From: Psammoneis japonica
Taxonomy: Eukaryota
Length of the DNA stretch: 64,000 nt
Assembly: GCA_008632985.1 (NCBI GenBank)
Contig: QPGO01000002.1
Location: 62,001-126,000 of the forward strand
Reading direction: 5' to 3'
In this document: positions 36,856 through 50,236 of the stretch, one piece after another
Layout of the letters: each line of letters begins with the position of its first letter
Position numbering within the stretch: the first letter of the stretch is position 1
Notes under the pieces: generated by a model
What the model was told of the DNA's origin: nothing
Database searches by the model: none
The model's input: only the letters and a program-made list of their open reading frames with translations
Program-made: the position numbers and the translations under genes

Positions 36856-39350
36856 TCACTGGGTTGCCCATCTTAGAGCCAAATCTTGGCACAGGTCTCC
36901 ATGCTCGGAGTCAAAGAATCCCCAACAAATTTGTCCATCCAGTGTTTTCCTGCAGAAGCCAACCAAAATGGCTTCAATCTGGTTTGTTTGCAACAAACAT
37001 CCATTGGACAACTCTTCACTGGAGATGGTGGCAGCAAAATGATCCTTGCAACCAAATGTTTCCTTGCGCTCAAGCTGGATGTGAAGCAGATGGTTGGGTT
37101 CCACTGCAGCTCCAGTTTTGCCCTCTTCTGACTGTGCAATGACTGTTGGTTCTTTGTCATCTTTCCCAATGATGAGAGAAAGAAGATGCTGCCATGTCTT
37201 GTGCACACACAGATCTGGCATCACTTTTTTAATCTGAAGCTCCAGCGACAATGTGTCAGAGTCCAAAGATTTGTGTTTCTTGCCAGTTGAGCTCACGCGG
37301 TCCATTGCAGCAGTGACATTGAACCCTCTGTGCATGTTTTGAGCAAAATTTTTGCTGTGTGAATGGAATTTTCTTTTGGTCTGCTTCAGCACCTTTTCAT
37401 CTTCCCCTTCCCAATGCACTCAAACCGGTCCTTTGTCATGCATGTCCTCAGGAAAAGACAACATGCTAAGAACATTGTGTGGTTCATGCCAGATTGGGGC
37501 CAGATCTTTGCCGTCTTCACCACGGTTTTGTTGCACTGGCAAATCTAGAGCTTCCATGTCATTGAGAAATCGCGCGATGCAAAACCTGAGACGTGGCTCT
37601 AAATCATCTGAACTGAATCCTGCCAGTGCATGCACATGCATGTTTGAGGCAGAGTTGAGCATTTTGACAATGTCCGACACCTGCAATTGAGCAGATGGCA
37701 GTGTGCCTGGGGGGGTTTGTCACAGCCATGTAACCCACAACACGTTCGCGCAGTTCTTTGGCATTGCCGTCCATTGGCAATCCACACATTTTTAGCCATG
37801 CCTTGTCAAACGGCATGGTCCAACTTGCTTGTTTGTCCACAGGCGGAAACACCACAGGTGGGCCATCCGGCATTTCGAGCACCAAGTTGGCAAAGAACTT
37901 GAACAAACGTCCAAACACAATCCAATTCTCGCATTTAAATCCAGCAAAACTGTCCTTTGTGAAGGGACGCACATTCAACCAAGGAAGTCACAGTGTTTCA
38001 CAACAGCGTCATGTCTGGTTCATCAGTGAGGACTCTACAATCTGCTCCCATTGCCCGTGCAAGCAGCAAGCCAAACCTTTCTCCATCAAATGCATCACGG
38101 CCTTTGCAGTGTTGCTGAGTTCATGCATTGGTGTCTCTTGCCACTGGTCAGGAGGTGTCCCGCTAAACCAAATGGGAGGCATTTGACACATGCGGCATTT
38201 CTCAGGATGACGTTCACGACCAAGCAAAAGCACTTCTGACAATTCTGGATTTTGATCGGGTTTGTCTTGCAACACTTTCAGCAGATTGCAGTTGTTGGCG
38301 TTTTCCAAAATGCCAGAAACAACTTGTGTGTTCACACTGCAACAATCACCAAGACAAGCTTTGCCTTCCGCTGTGGTCCGCTGGTTCTGACAGACGTTTG
38401 TGTGCGTTTTAACATCAGCACTTTGAAGAAATTTGTGGGTCCATTTGAAAGGAGGGAGAGCTGATTTACCACCAAGTTTGCAGGCAAGGGGGGCACACAG
38501 CAAAGGATTGGAAGCATCAACAGACCAGTTGGCGCACAATCCAAATGGACATGTCAAGTCTGCAATCATTTGAAAGCCATTGACAAGGGTTTCTTCAATG
38601 CATTTGCAACAGACGCGTTCCAGCTCTAGGTGGGACCTCGCACTGCTGCACTGTGACATCAACAGTTTTTTGGATCGCGTCGCATGTCGCGCAGGCACAT
38701 TTCTACGTGTAAAATTCTACGAAATTGTTTCATGCTCCCTGTTTTGCGAAGCCAAAGGCTTTCTATTTTCAACATTTGTGACAGTGAAAATACGCTGGGT
38801 GTGTTCTTTAATGTCTGAAGAACATGCCCGGGCAAACTGTCAATGATGTGCTAGAAGCATGAAGGAGGAGATACGTTCGTAAAATTGCCTCTTTTTCTGT
38901 TGGCGATCATTCACATTTTCATTGCAGAACAAATTTACTACGGAGCTCGCACATGGAATTCTACGGGCCCAATGTCACACGGAGTCCCACCCAGGACTGG
39001 AACCCGTCAACAGTGGATGCAAGACGCAAGATGACAACCAACTTTCTTGATGTTCAACACATGGCCAAACAATGCATGATTGGTTTTTATGCCAAGTTTC
39101 ATTCCAGTGATTGCGCGTTTTTCCGGTTGGTCTCCAGATTGCAACAAGACATCTGCAACGGGTTTCATCAATTTGCCAGTGCTGCCAACAAACACAGGTG
39201 GCACCTGCCCAGTTCAAAGAAGGTGAGTTTCCCTTTCAACCTCAGACACACATGTCATGATTTGCACCTTTGGGCCCAAGCGCAGCAAGAAAGTGGTTGG
39301 TGAACTCACCAATGCCGGTTGCGATCACACTTGAGTCATCAGGGAACAAA
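36856..39350 (-). pseudogene. Putative Plavaka/CACTA(CMC)-like transposase with a SAP motif, interrupted by a MITE
   Basis: SGDQPEKR...HALFG...C..C, PMHELSN..K, AGFKCENW..FGR, SAP-like WLKMCGLPMDGNAKELRERV, SML.FPEDM..KGPV..HWEG..EK. Confidence 0.5.
38612..39008. mobile_element. MITE with imperfect TIRs and a 4-bp TSD (AACA)
   Basis: gacgcgttccagctctaggtgggac ... gtcccacccaggactggaacccgtc, aaca on both sides; the flanking reading frame continues across it. Confidence 0.85.
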
Positions 39351-39359
39351 GGCCCACAA

Positions 39360-41600
39360 CATGAAACAAAACCCAAAATCCAACTTCAAGTGCTGCTATG
39401 CTTCCACCCTGCAACTCTGGCAACAAGCTGACCCACACTCCCAGCACACCAGGTGCGGCAGGAGCACATGACAATTGGCCAAGATCGGCATCACCCTTGG
39501 GTGATGCCGTGCCAAAGCAGCTTGCGATGGTGTGCGTGCCTCAAACGGCTGGACGCCGGGCCTCTCGGATGCTTGACTTGAACATTGGCTTTGCCATGGC
39601 TGGCCAGTTTTTGAGTCCATGGGTGGAATGGGTGAGATGTTCATCCACCAAATCAAACAACTGTGCTTGGTCACGGGCCAAGCACTTGTCTGCCCTTGAG
39701 CAAATTTCTTTGACCTCCACCTCTGCATCCCGGTGTTGCAAAGACTTTCTTGTTTTGGAATCGTGCCCATGTGCTGCATCATTGTGGGTGTCCCACAGTT
39801 CCCGCCATTGTGAACACACATGACTGCGCCAATCGTTGCCGCCCAGTCCAATCTTTTGTCTTTGTTGGACAAGGAACAATGCAAGCCAGAGGACAACAAG
39901 GTGTGACATTTGGGCCTCATTCCACAAAGAAGAAAAATGCCCGCTGAAGATGTGACACCAGCCAATGTCATCTTGGGATCGAAAAACATCTGTGACACTG
40001 TGGTGAACGTGATTAGAGTGAAGCATGTCCTCATGAAACCAACCTTCCAAGGCACACAACAACAGGTCTCATGTGGACGGGGAAGTGTGCATGTCATCGC
40101 ATTTCTTCCACAAACCTTGGAGAAACGTGCGCTGCCACAATTCATTGTGGTCGCAATGCAGGATGTGGTCCCCATCTTCAAGGGGGTGTTGGCAATGCAT
40201 GCAGCAGTTGGGGCATGTGGGCTCACATCTGTGGACAATCTTGTTCGTCGGTGGCAAGTCTTGGACCAATTTCATGGTGCTCACCTTTCGTCGGATGTTG
40301 CGAGACATCAGCTTGGAATGCACTCTCCAATCAATGGATTTGTGCACTGAGTCTGACCATCCATGTTTCTCCTTCATGTGTTGTGTCAAGGCGGGGCTGG
40401 ACACTTCACAACAAAGAATGGATTTAAACTTGAATTCGCCAATGCCGCCTGGACGTTCAGCAATGAAGAGCAGTGGGGCATGTGGGGGCCATTGAGGTGT
40501 CACCAGTGCACTGACCCTGAAACACACCTGCCAATTGTCAGCTCTGACATTCAATTTTGCTGGACACGGGAGGGACTTGCATGGAGCATTGTCATCCTGA
40601 TGACTTTTAATCCACTTCATGTCAATGGCATTGCTTGCAGAGTGTCCGTTAAATTGGGCCTCCAAACTTTTTAATGAAACAAAGATCTTGTGGATGATGT
40701 CCCAGTCCGGCACCAATGTGTCAGCGATGTTGTGCCTAAAATGAAAATCTTGTTGTCTCTGAGAGTCATCTGCTTCCAATGGGAGCGGTGGGGGAGAATG
40801 AAAGTTGGCAACGTTGCGCACCAGAGAAGAATTGTTGCAGCAGGCATCCACACCATGAGAAAGACAACAACTGCAAAATTCCAGTGCTCAAACAAGAAAG
40901 CACAAGACTGACAAGAAGCCACATGCTTCAGCTTGGTGCAAGGATGGCCGGAATCCAAAGACCGGTCCAGCACAATCTGCAAGAATCACGCCATTGACCG
41001 CTGGCGTCCAGCCAAAGGTGCCATTGAAATGCAACACAGAGCCATCACTTCCTGCCTCTGCTCGGAAGTGCCAAAGGGAATCTGCCATTTCAAGCACTGA
41101 TGCATGCATGGTTTGGTCATTGAACAGGGCAGACTCCCATGGCGACAAAGGCCACAGCCATTCACAGAAGTCCCCGCGGACAGGAATTGTCGGAGGTGTC
41201 ATCACTGGGGATGCAGTTGAGCGCAACCACCATCTGCCATCTAAAGTCATGTCCACCATCACAGGTGATGCCAACGGAGACAGATCTGGAGCCGTTTCCA
41301 AGTGCTGCAAGAAGATTTGTTGGCAGGTGAGGAAGCTGGAGAAGACATTGGCTCAGAAGACAATGAGGTGCACATGTCAGATGGGCACTTGTTCAGCCCT
41401 GAAGAGCTGGAACAACTTCACCAAGCACTCCCTGTGGAGCCTGATGGCAATGATTTGGTTGTTGCAGACACAAGAAAAAGCAGAACCTCAAGAGTGACAC
41501 AACTTGCAAGAAACATGATCACACCCCACTGTTGCAGCTCCATTTGTGTGCCACATTGTGAGAGCTTTTTGGTTTGAAGTGCAAGAAGTCCAATGTCAAA
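39360..41600 (-). mobile_element. 5'-truncated non-LTR retrotransposon with RNase H (Ambal/L1-like), copy B
   Basis: SDGSVLHFNGTFGW, SLHQAEACG (=SYRAEAYG), WIKSHQDD, LNVRAD, CPNCCMHC...EDGDHILHC zinc motif, QDDIGW. Confidence 0.8.
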
Positions 41601-42059
41601 TGGGACAAGAATGACCAGAGACCGGGTCATTTTTGTGATGACAAAAACTGAGGGGGGGTGCAGAGCAGCATGTTGTTTTCCTTGTGTTGATGAGACCTTG
41701 CAACAGAGGGACACCAATGAAAGAGACAGAAGAGGCAGTTCTGAATTCATGCGGCAGCACTGGTGGTTGAAAATTTGTTTGTGTGCATGGCTGCAGCTTG
41801 TTGGGTGTTGACCACAGTGATGGCAGCAAAGGAACAGTTGCGGCAGCGCTTGATCTGAGTTGTGGCACACGTGGTGTCAATGGACAGCAAAACTTGTGGA
41901 CTGGCAGCACAGGGATGATCTGACGGCATCTGGGACTGAGATGACAACCACACACTGGATGAGAAAGAAAGTGAGCAAAGGAGAGGTCATCAGATCTCTC
42001 CATCCTGTCTGCGCCAGTCTGTCCAACACAAGGGAGTGTGCTCTCCATCTCAGACATCT

Positions 42060-42620
42060 GTCGCCCTCCCCTGATGAGCAATGCATGACTCAGCAAGAAA
42101 AAAGAACGATCTCAACAAAAAGAGAGGACCAGAATGGCAGGACAGAAAAGAGAGGACCAAAATGAATGGCCAAGACGCGGTCCGCAAACATGACAACAAT
42201 CAACGGCAGTGTCCCATCAAACGCTGAGCATGCCGAGCATGAAAGATCCAACCCACAGCCTTGGTCAGCAGCACATTGGCAGTGTCAATGACGCGCGGGA
42301 TGTGTCGAGTGACAATCTTGCCCACCTCGCACCAGTCTTGGACAGCTGAAAATTGAGCGTCAATGTGGCAGGAATGTTCTGCAGGGATTTTGTCATTGAT
42401 CATCTGGGCAGCAGAAGCACTGTCAATGTGCAAGGGAGTGGGACCAGGCTGGGGAAAACCCAGTTCCTTGAGCACCAATCAAAGATGCAAGGTGTGTTTT
42501 GCAGCAGCAACACTTGCAATGAACTTGACCTCTGTGGAGCTGGCAGTGGCAAGAGTCTGTGTGCAACAATGGCAGTCAATTGCAGCACCAGCAAGGGTGT
42601 GACCATGGCCCGCAGTGGAG
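42060..42620 (-). mobile_element. Ty1/copia RNase H fragment with PPT
   Basis: ATASSTEVKFIA, LKELGFPQPGPTPLHIDSASA, HIDAQF..VQDW, ANVLLTKA; purine tract ggggaggg at about 42064-42071. Confidence 0.8.
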
Positions 42621-42639
42621 CGACGACTCCAAAGTTCAT

Positions 42640-45600
42640 CAAAACAAAACCCAAAGTCTGTTTTTAAAGTGCTGCCATGCTTCCACCCCACAACTCCGGC
42701 AACAAGATGATGCCAATCCGAAGCAACTTGGGACAGTTCCAGTGCCTCTGGCAGCCAGAAGTTTGGCTTCCTTTGCACTTGACTTGAACATTGGTTTCAC
42801 CATGGCCAGCCAATTTCGAAGTCTGTGAGTGGAGCGAGTCAGGTGCTTGTCAACAAAAATGAACAGATGCGCTCTGTCCTTTGCCAGGCAGTCTTTCACC
42901 TTGGAACAAATCTTCATCTCAACGTTGGGATGACTTGCAAGTTTCTAAATTGTGTCCATGCACAGTGTTGTCATGAGAACCCCACAGGTCCCGCCATTGC
43001 TCCCAGACATGGTTGCCAACTTTGGCTGCCCAATCTAGTCTCTGTTCCTGTTCGGACAGTCTTTGGTGCGTGCTGCTCACCAGGAGGTAAGTGATTGATT
43101 CACATTCCACAAGGCAGAAAACCCTCCACTGAATGAATGCTGCCAACCAATTGCTTCCTGAGAGCAGAAGACCAAAACCGTGCTGCAATGAAATTCTTCA
43201 GATCACATCACTTTGTCCCAAAACCATGCTTCTGTTGCCAAAATGAGCACATCCTGAAGAGATGGAGAAGTGTGTGTGTCACTGCACTTCTTGCGCAGGC
43301 CTTGCAAGAACTTCCACCTCCATGCTTCATTGTGAGGGCAGCGGATTGTGTGATCTCTGTCTTCCATGGGATGTTGACAGTGGACACAGCAATCCAGATG
43401 AGTGGGATCATGTCAATGCACAATCTTGTTGGTCAGCAGAAGGTCATGGACTGGCTTGACAGTGCTGACTTTCCTGCACATGTTTCTGACATGAGCTTGG
43501 CATGAACCTTCCAATCAATTGATCCACACACTTTGTCAGACCAACCATGTTTCTCTTTCATGTGACTGATCAGAGCCGGGTTTGAAGCTTCGTGGCGGAG
43601 AACTGACTTCATTTTGGAGGACATTGCAGAATCTTGAACAACCAAATTCACAAGGCAGTGAGGCATGCAATGCGCCAGTGAAGTGCAACCAGTGCATTGG
43701 TCTTGGTGACAACCCGCCAACTTGTCAGCACGAATGTTCAGTTTGGCTGGCAACGAGAGTGTTTCAAGTGGAGCATCATCATCTTGATGTCCCTTCACCC
43801 AATGAACATTGATCTCTGTGCCCAAGGTGTTGTCTGCCCTGAAATCAAAGATTTGATGGAAGTCAGCAGACAGGGAGTTTGCAATGTGATGCCGTTTGAC
43901 AAAATCTTGGTTGGCATCTGTCTCTTCTGGTTTGGAAGGCATGGGGATGATGCACAGAAGTCAGACACATTTCTGACCAGAGATGAGTTGTCACAGTGAA
44001 GATCAGTGCCCAGTGCGAAAGTTTGGCAACAACAATCCATCAACCTGAAAACAAAATGAAGGAAGGAAAGCAAACCATGTGCTTCTGCTCTGTGCGAGGA
44101 GGGATGACAGCCAAATGCAGGTCCTGCACAATCAGCCAACGGCAATCCATCAATGGTGAGAGTCCAACTGAAGGCACCCTTAAAATCAACAACCGCTGCC
44201 AGCGGAAGATCAAAAGGATCCAAGTGGCTCAGCATTTTCAAAGACTGAACAATGTGAGGCAATGTCAGCAAACAAAGTGGACTCCCATGGAGGAAGAGAT
44301 TGTGACATCTGCTGGAAATCATTGGAGACGAGAAGAGAGGGTGGTGAGTTGACCAAAGTGTCAGGTGGTGCCACTTTCCAGCATCCTTTGCGGGTGGTTG
44401 CAACTGAAACAGGAGCAGCAGATGGAGACACATCAGGGCTGTTTCCAGTTCACTGATGGAACCTGCACAACCATTGCATGTGGGGAAGACATGAAAGCCA
44501 GAGTCAGGTCGCATGCATGAAATTTCTTTGGATGGTTCATGGTGAGCTGAGTGAGCCATTCTCATTTCTGTGGCAGGCACTGTCCAGGGTCACACAGGAC
44601 TTCAGAGTTCAACTGAATCATCTTGACACAAGTGCTTGCACAGTCGGTGCCATTGCTTCCATGCCCTGTTGCATGGCTGAGCTTGTTCTGCTGGATTCAA
44701 GGCGGAGGTGCCGCTGAGAAGGGAGCATTGTCCCGCAATCTCTTGAGTTTGTCTGGGGTCCAACCATCTGGCAGCATGACATCCAAAACTGCAAGAACGT
44801 TTGAACAGAGTCGGCAACAATTGATCCACTGAATTTCTTGGTCCAAAAATGAGGCTGACTCCAACACCATGTCCATGATGTGCTGGTCATTGTTTTTGCT
44901 GGACAGGGAGCACTCCAGTGTCATCAAAATCCATGCAAGCATTGACTCTGGCAAGAAAGGATCAAAGAGACATGAGCCACTTAGATTCAGAGTGAGAGGT
45001 GATTTTGTGTGGACATCATGCAAGAAGCTGACACCAGTGCCAACTTGAAACTGTGTCCAAGCAACTGCAATGTGTGACAGTGTCTGAGGTTGACCGGGAC
45101 TTCTCCAGTGTCAAAGAAGCTGGAGCAATTGGGCAGTGCCCTGTTCCATGTCTAAAGACTGAAAACCGCCACCTCCCAAGGAATGTGGTCCGAACAATGC
45201 ATCTCTCTTTGTGTTCCAACCACAACCGCATTTTGCAAAAATGACCCCCGTTGCCTTTTGTTGGACATCCAGCAATTCCGTTGGTTTGAAATGAGCATTT
45301 GGCAACACACAAGTCATCACCGAAAGACACCCAGCAAAGCAATGTGTCCAAGCATCATGTCTGTCAAGTGGGCAAGATTGGAGGAACAGGGCAATGTCAT
45401 TGCTTTTCTTCTTCAATGCATGCAACTGTGTCTTTTGGTTGCCTGCTGGCACTTTAAAGTGACCTGAGGTCTTGTGGGGGGGACAAGCCAACAATTGTGC
45501 ACTGCAACGTGCAGCAGTTTGATCCACAGATGAAATTTAAATGATGTTGTCATTGCAGGGGCAAAGACAAGGCTCGCTGTTGTTGGAAAACTGCCATTTG

Positions 45601-47650
45601 ATCATGTGAAAGGAACATTTGGGTGGTTTCAGTTTGTGGCCGGTGGCATTTAAGAGATTGCACCAAAGCTGGTTGTCCTCCTCCATCTCAAACGCAAGAT
45701 CCAAGATGCAAGGTTGAGGGGATGCACGAAAATCATCAGCCTGTTTGGACATGTCATTGACATTTCCTTGATTGAAAATCTCTAAAGAAAGGGTCCAATC
45801 TGGAGTCACAAAGAAAGCGCCATGTGGGCTTGTTGGTCAAAAATGTGAAAAAGGCTGTTTCACATCTGATTCCAACAGAATGGAGAGTTGCCGCTGCCCT
45901 GTCCAGCACCACAAATTGGGGCATCTCCAGCATGAGAGTGTGATGATTGTGAAAGTCCCAGAACCGCCTTCAACCAACATCGCATGTTGTGAAGAGTGGA
46001 GGTTGCCACTTGCACAACTGCCTTTGGCACACCATTGCTGCAACTTTCCAGTGCTGCCAGAGCCAGGACATTGCAGTCGTGACATGATGTGCAGTCATCG
46101 TCACTGTGAACAGCAGACTTGCATGAGACCCAACCAATTTCCAGCATCAACTCTTCAAGATAAACTGGAGTGTTGGCGCAAAGGAAGGGACGCCTGCCAC
46201 AAATGCCTTGATTGTGCAATCAACGGTGTCCCACATTCTGTGCCAATGCCCACCACTTGATGCTGGAGATCAACTGGAAGTCAGCTTTGCAGAAGTGAAT
46301 GACTTGCAGTTGATGCATCTTGTTGTTTCCTGGTTCCATGAAAATCATGACATTGACCATGTCCTTCCAGCGATCACAAGAGCAACCCCAGCACAGAGCA
46401 TGGTTCAGAAGATTGAGCCAAATCCAAACAAATGAATGTTGGATCACATCAAGTTTGTCCTTGTCAGCGGCATCTGTGTCAGTGGCACTGCCAGAGTTGG
46501 AGTGTTGATGAGGAGCATGCGTTGCCTTCCAATGACCAAGATGAAGGCCAGAGCATGTGGACGTTGACGCAGACTCCTTCCAACACTTGATCTTCCCTTC
46601 TAAGTCAGATTCTGTGAGCAGAGACGAGACTGATGCAGGAGAGCGTTGTTTGAGATGTTGGATAAATCAGGGTGCAGGTTCATTCAAAGAAGATGCATTG
46701 CAAGCTCCGCAGCAAAATTGTTGGGCAATGAGAATTTCAATGATCGCCAACAGAAAATGAGGCAATTTTGCGAACGCACAAACTCATCAACAATTGAAGT
46801 GCATTGTTTTTTACTTGGCTGCTGCGTTCTTCAGACACTGAAGCATGCAACTGGTGCACTGTTGTTCCTAAAAATTTGTCAAATGAAACGACTGGGGCTT
46901 CGCAAAACAGCGAGTCTGGAACATTTTTTTTGAATGTCACATGCAGAAATGCACGTGCGAAACATGCGACGAATGACAAAAAATGATTGTGTCACACATC
47001 AGCACTGCAAGCTCCCACCCAGGGCTGGAGCACGTCCATCCATCATGACCATCAAACACCTGAATGGACCAATGACCAAGTGGGTCAGACTGTTGGGAGT
47101 GTGGCAGTGGGACGAGACAGAGTTGCAAGAAATGATGGCAGTGCCACCTGGTTTGCATGGAGTGGTGAAAGTCATGGAGCTGTTGGAAAAGATGCCTTGA
47201 CTGTGGAGCAATGAACCAGACACCGTGGATTGGCATGTGGACAGAATGTCAAATTGGGAGGTGTCCAGACAAACCCACCAAGTCAGCTTGAATTTCCGTT
47301 GCGACCTGGCAGCAATCATTCACATCCCCACCGCGCTTGTCAAACTTGCAGCCACTGGCATCAAATGCATGCTGTTGGGCATGGTGTGGTGCTGACTTGG
47401 TTTGTCAAAATTGCCTGTGTTGTTCCAACTGTTGGAATGAGACAAAATTCAAATTTGGGTTCCCGCCAGTGCACCAAGTTCCCACACAGCTTCTGCACAA
47501 CCACCAAAATGGTCTTGGTTGCTGTGACTCAGGTTTCCACATGCATTCCACACAGAGCTGACAACTGACAGGTTCCACATTTTAGATTGCATGGTTTGAC
47601 ATGGTCTTTTGTGAGACAATGATTCGGCAGAATTCAGCGCTGAATCAGTC
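42640..47650 (-). mobile_element. Non-LTR retrotransposon ORF2 relic (APE endonuclease, RT, RNase H), copy A
   Basis: PGGTAII...DPLGHWS (endonuclease), RWKDMVNVMIFMEPGNNKMHQLQVIHFCKADF, GAGQGSGNSP, LKPPKCSFH, GPHSLGGGGF, SSHRAEAHG, WVKGHQDD; 3' end shared with copy B. Confidence 0.82.
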
Positions 47651-48949
47651 ATTGCATGTTTGGATGTGTTGACACGGCAGGACCTGCCACCTGGCAAAAG
47701 GTGATCCTGGCACTGCAGCTCCAACATCGTGCGACACAGGGAAGTGTTTTGTCAGCCAATGAGGAAGAAATGTTTGAGCTTTTCTGCACACTTGTTGCAG
47801 GGAATTTGGCAGTTTTTTGGGGATGTCCCCTGATGGCTGGGGATGTGGTGCTTTTCACCTTGGCTGAGCCAGTGCTGTCAACAACTGTGGCTGTCTCTTT
47901 CCATCCTTCAAGTCTGGGACAAATTTTCCAGCCGCTTGACATCTCCTTTTTTGTTGGGGCCGGTTTCCTCTGATGGGCACAGCACTTTGTTCTTGCACAG
48001 GAGCAGTGGTGCCAACCTGGCAACATGAAAAACAAGCAGAGGTGAGAATCAAAACAAGGCAGGTGTGTGTGGCATCTGCAGCTGTGGTGCAGCTGACATG
48101 TGCAATGACAACAACGTGTGCTGCATTGAGTGCTGACAGCCAAGCAGCCTGAAAAGCAGCAGAGGTTCAACAGCAAGGAGAGAATCTTCCCGGCCTGCTC
48201 CAGCTCCAGGTGATCCGCTTTTCATCACGCGAGAGACTGACTCATGTCAAAGTCCTTCATTTTGATCATTTTGACAATCAAAAGGCAAGTGTGCACCCGA
48301 GTGTGCATGCAAAGTGTGCACTTGCCCTTCGATTTGGCAAAAAATGGATTTTGAAAAAGTCAATTGCGCTGAACCTGGAAATGGGCAAATGATGGGAATC
48401 GAACCCACTCGGAGCACCTGGAGCTGGAACAGGCCTCCCTTGCCTTGCCCAACTCCCCAGGCTTCTCTTGGGTGGCACCACAGATGGAGATGACTTCACA
48501 AGCACATCAACAGAGAGCTGTTTTTTTTTGCTGCTGCTTCAAGCATGGAATTGCAAGAACGGCTTTGTTTTGTCAAGCGCTGCCTTGCAAGATTTTTTAA
48601 ACCAAGCTTTGTTGTGTCTGGGCACCGCAACACCTGGGCGAACAGCAGATTTTGGGCAATGAGCACAACTCACCATGCTCCCTGAAAAAAATGTGTTTTG
48701 AAACTGCGCCTCGCAGTCGCATGCATCATGATGACATTTTTCCATGTTGGAAAGACACCAGACCTGCAGCGCACATTGAAAAGATGCCAGACCTGCAGAA
48801 TCTCACAACCATCACAAGCATCTCCCACCCCACATGACAGACAACAACCCACAACCATGGCAATGGTGCAAATGACATCGCATTGGATGTGGCATCCAAT
48901 GATCAGCAACAATGTGTCAGACGTTTGGCCAAGGACGCAGACATTTGGG

Positions 48950-49100
48950 AGCTTTGAATGACTGTGGTTGATGATGAAGTTGACGCGGATGCTTTGAAAT
49001 GACTGTGCTTGATGATGCAGTTGATGCAAATGCTTGAAATGACTGCAGTTGATGATGCAGTTGGTGCCGATGCTTTGAATGACTGTGCATGATGATGCGC
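48950..49100 (+). repeat. ~40-bp tandem repeat, about 4 copies
   Basis: atgactgtg..tgatgatgcagttga....atgctttgaa units. Confidence 0.7.
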
Positions 49101-49877
49101 TGCATCTTTTGCTCATCATCCATCAAGGCGGCGGCTGCAAGCACAGGAGCGGTGTCAAGCACGATGCCTGGGCTCCCAACCTGTGATGACTCTCATTGAA
49201 GAGCCCAGGGGAGTTGACTGAAGGTTGGGTGATGAGTGCATTGCCAGCAGCAGGGCCAGCAACAGTGACAGAATCGACAAAGCTGCCAGTGTTTTGTTGC
49301 GCTGGGTGTTGCGGCTGTGAGAAGAAAAAAAGAAGATCGCTTCAAAGGAAATTCGGGAAACCACACACGCAAGTGAAGCACGCGAATCATGCATGAGTTC
49401 GTGCTGTGTTGACAGGGCAAAGCAAGGCGTGGCATTGTGCAAAATGTTCGCTCTCGTTTCATGCCTTGTCCCGCACCTGTGCTGTGTGTGAGACCACTTA
49501 AAACACATGCCGTGACATGTGATTTTTTTGTCCATTTCACAGGATTTTGCCCCAGTTCTTCAACGAGCCGGTGCTGCACAATGGTGCTTAACGTCTGAGT
49601 TAAAAGTCATTTTGAGCCGTGCAAATGACTTCTCACAGAACACTTCTTTATGTCACAAGTGATCACATGACATCCTTGAGAATGACTTGTTGCAGCACCT
49701 CCTTTAAGTGATGTGTGGTTTGCCACTTGGCAACCCACCAAAAAAATTTGTCTTGTGTAAAATGTTTTCACGCCTTGTGCATGTTGTGCATGCTAATCGA
49801 AACGGCACTCTCATTGTTTTCTCATTGTTGGAGCTGTCTGGATCAGGATCGATGTCGATTTGTTGTTTTAATGTTGT

Positions 49878-50216
49878 CCCAAGAGCTGCTGGCTCGGGCA
49901 TTGGGCTAGCTTCATTGCTGCTTCGGTGGTTTGCGACTACAGTCACGCTGAGTTCTTGCCTTTGAGTGAGATTCGTTGTGAAAACTGGTCGGAAACAACT
50001 GCAAAGCCACACCTGTTTGACACCGGTTGAGCTGCTGTCGTGCTTTTGGGTTGTCAGGTGTCCCAAATCTGACATCTTGTTCCAAAGTCGTCCCAAGAGC
50101 TGCTGGCTCGGGCATCGGGCTAGCTTCATTGCCACTTCGGTGGTTTCGGCTACAGTCACGCTGAGTTCTTGCCGTTGAGTGAGATCCATTGTGAAGTTGG
50201 TCGGAAACAACTGCAG
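49878..50216 (+). repeat. ~125-bp direct duplication
   Basis: cccaagagctgctggctcgggcat...cggaaacaactgca at about 49878-50003 and 50092-50215. Confidence 0.8.
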
Positions 50217-50236
50217 AACTTTAAAGATTTTAAGAA

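Noticed and set aside
48950..49100. CRISPR array
   Set aside because: Degenerate tandem units without unique spacers, no cas genes, eukaryotic context.
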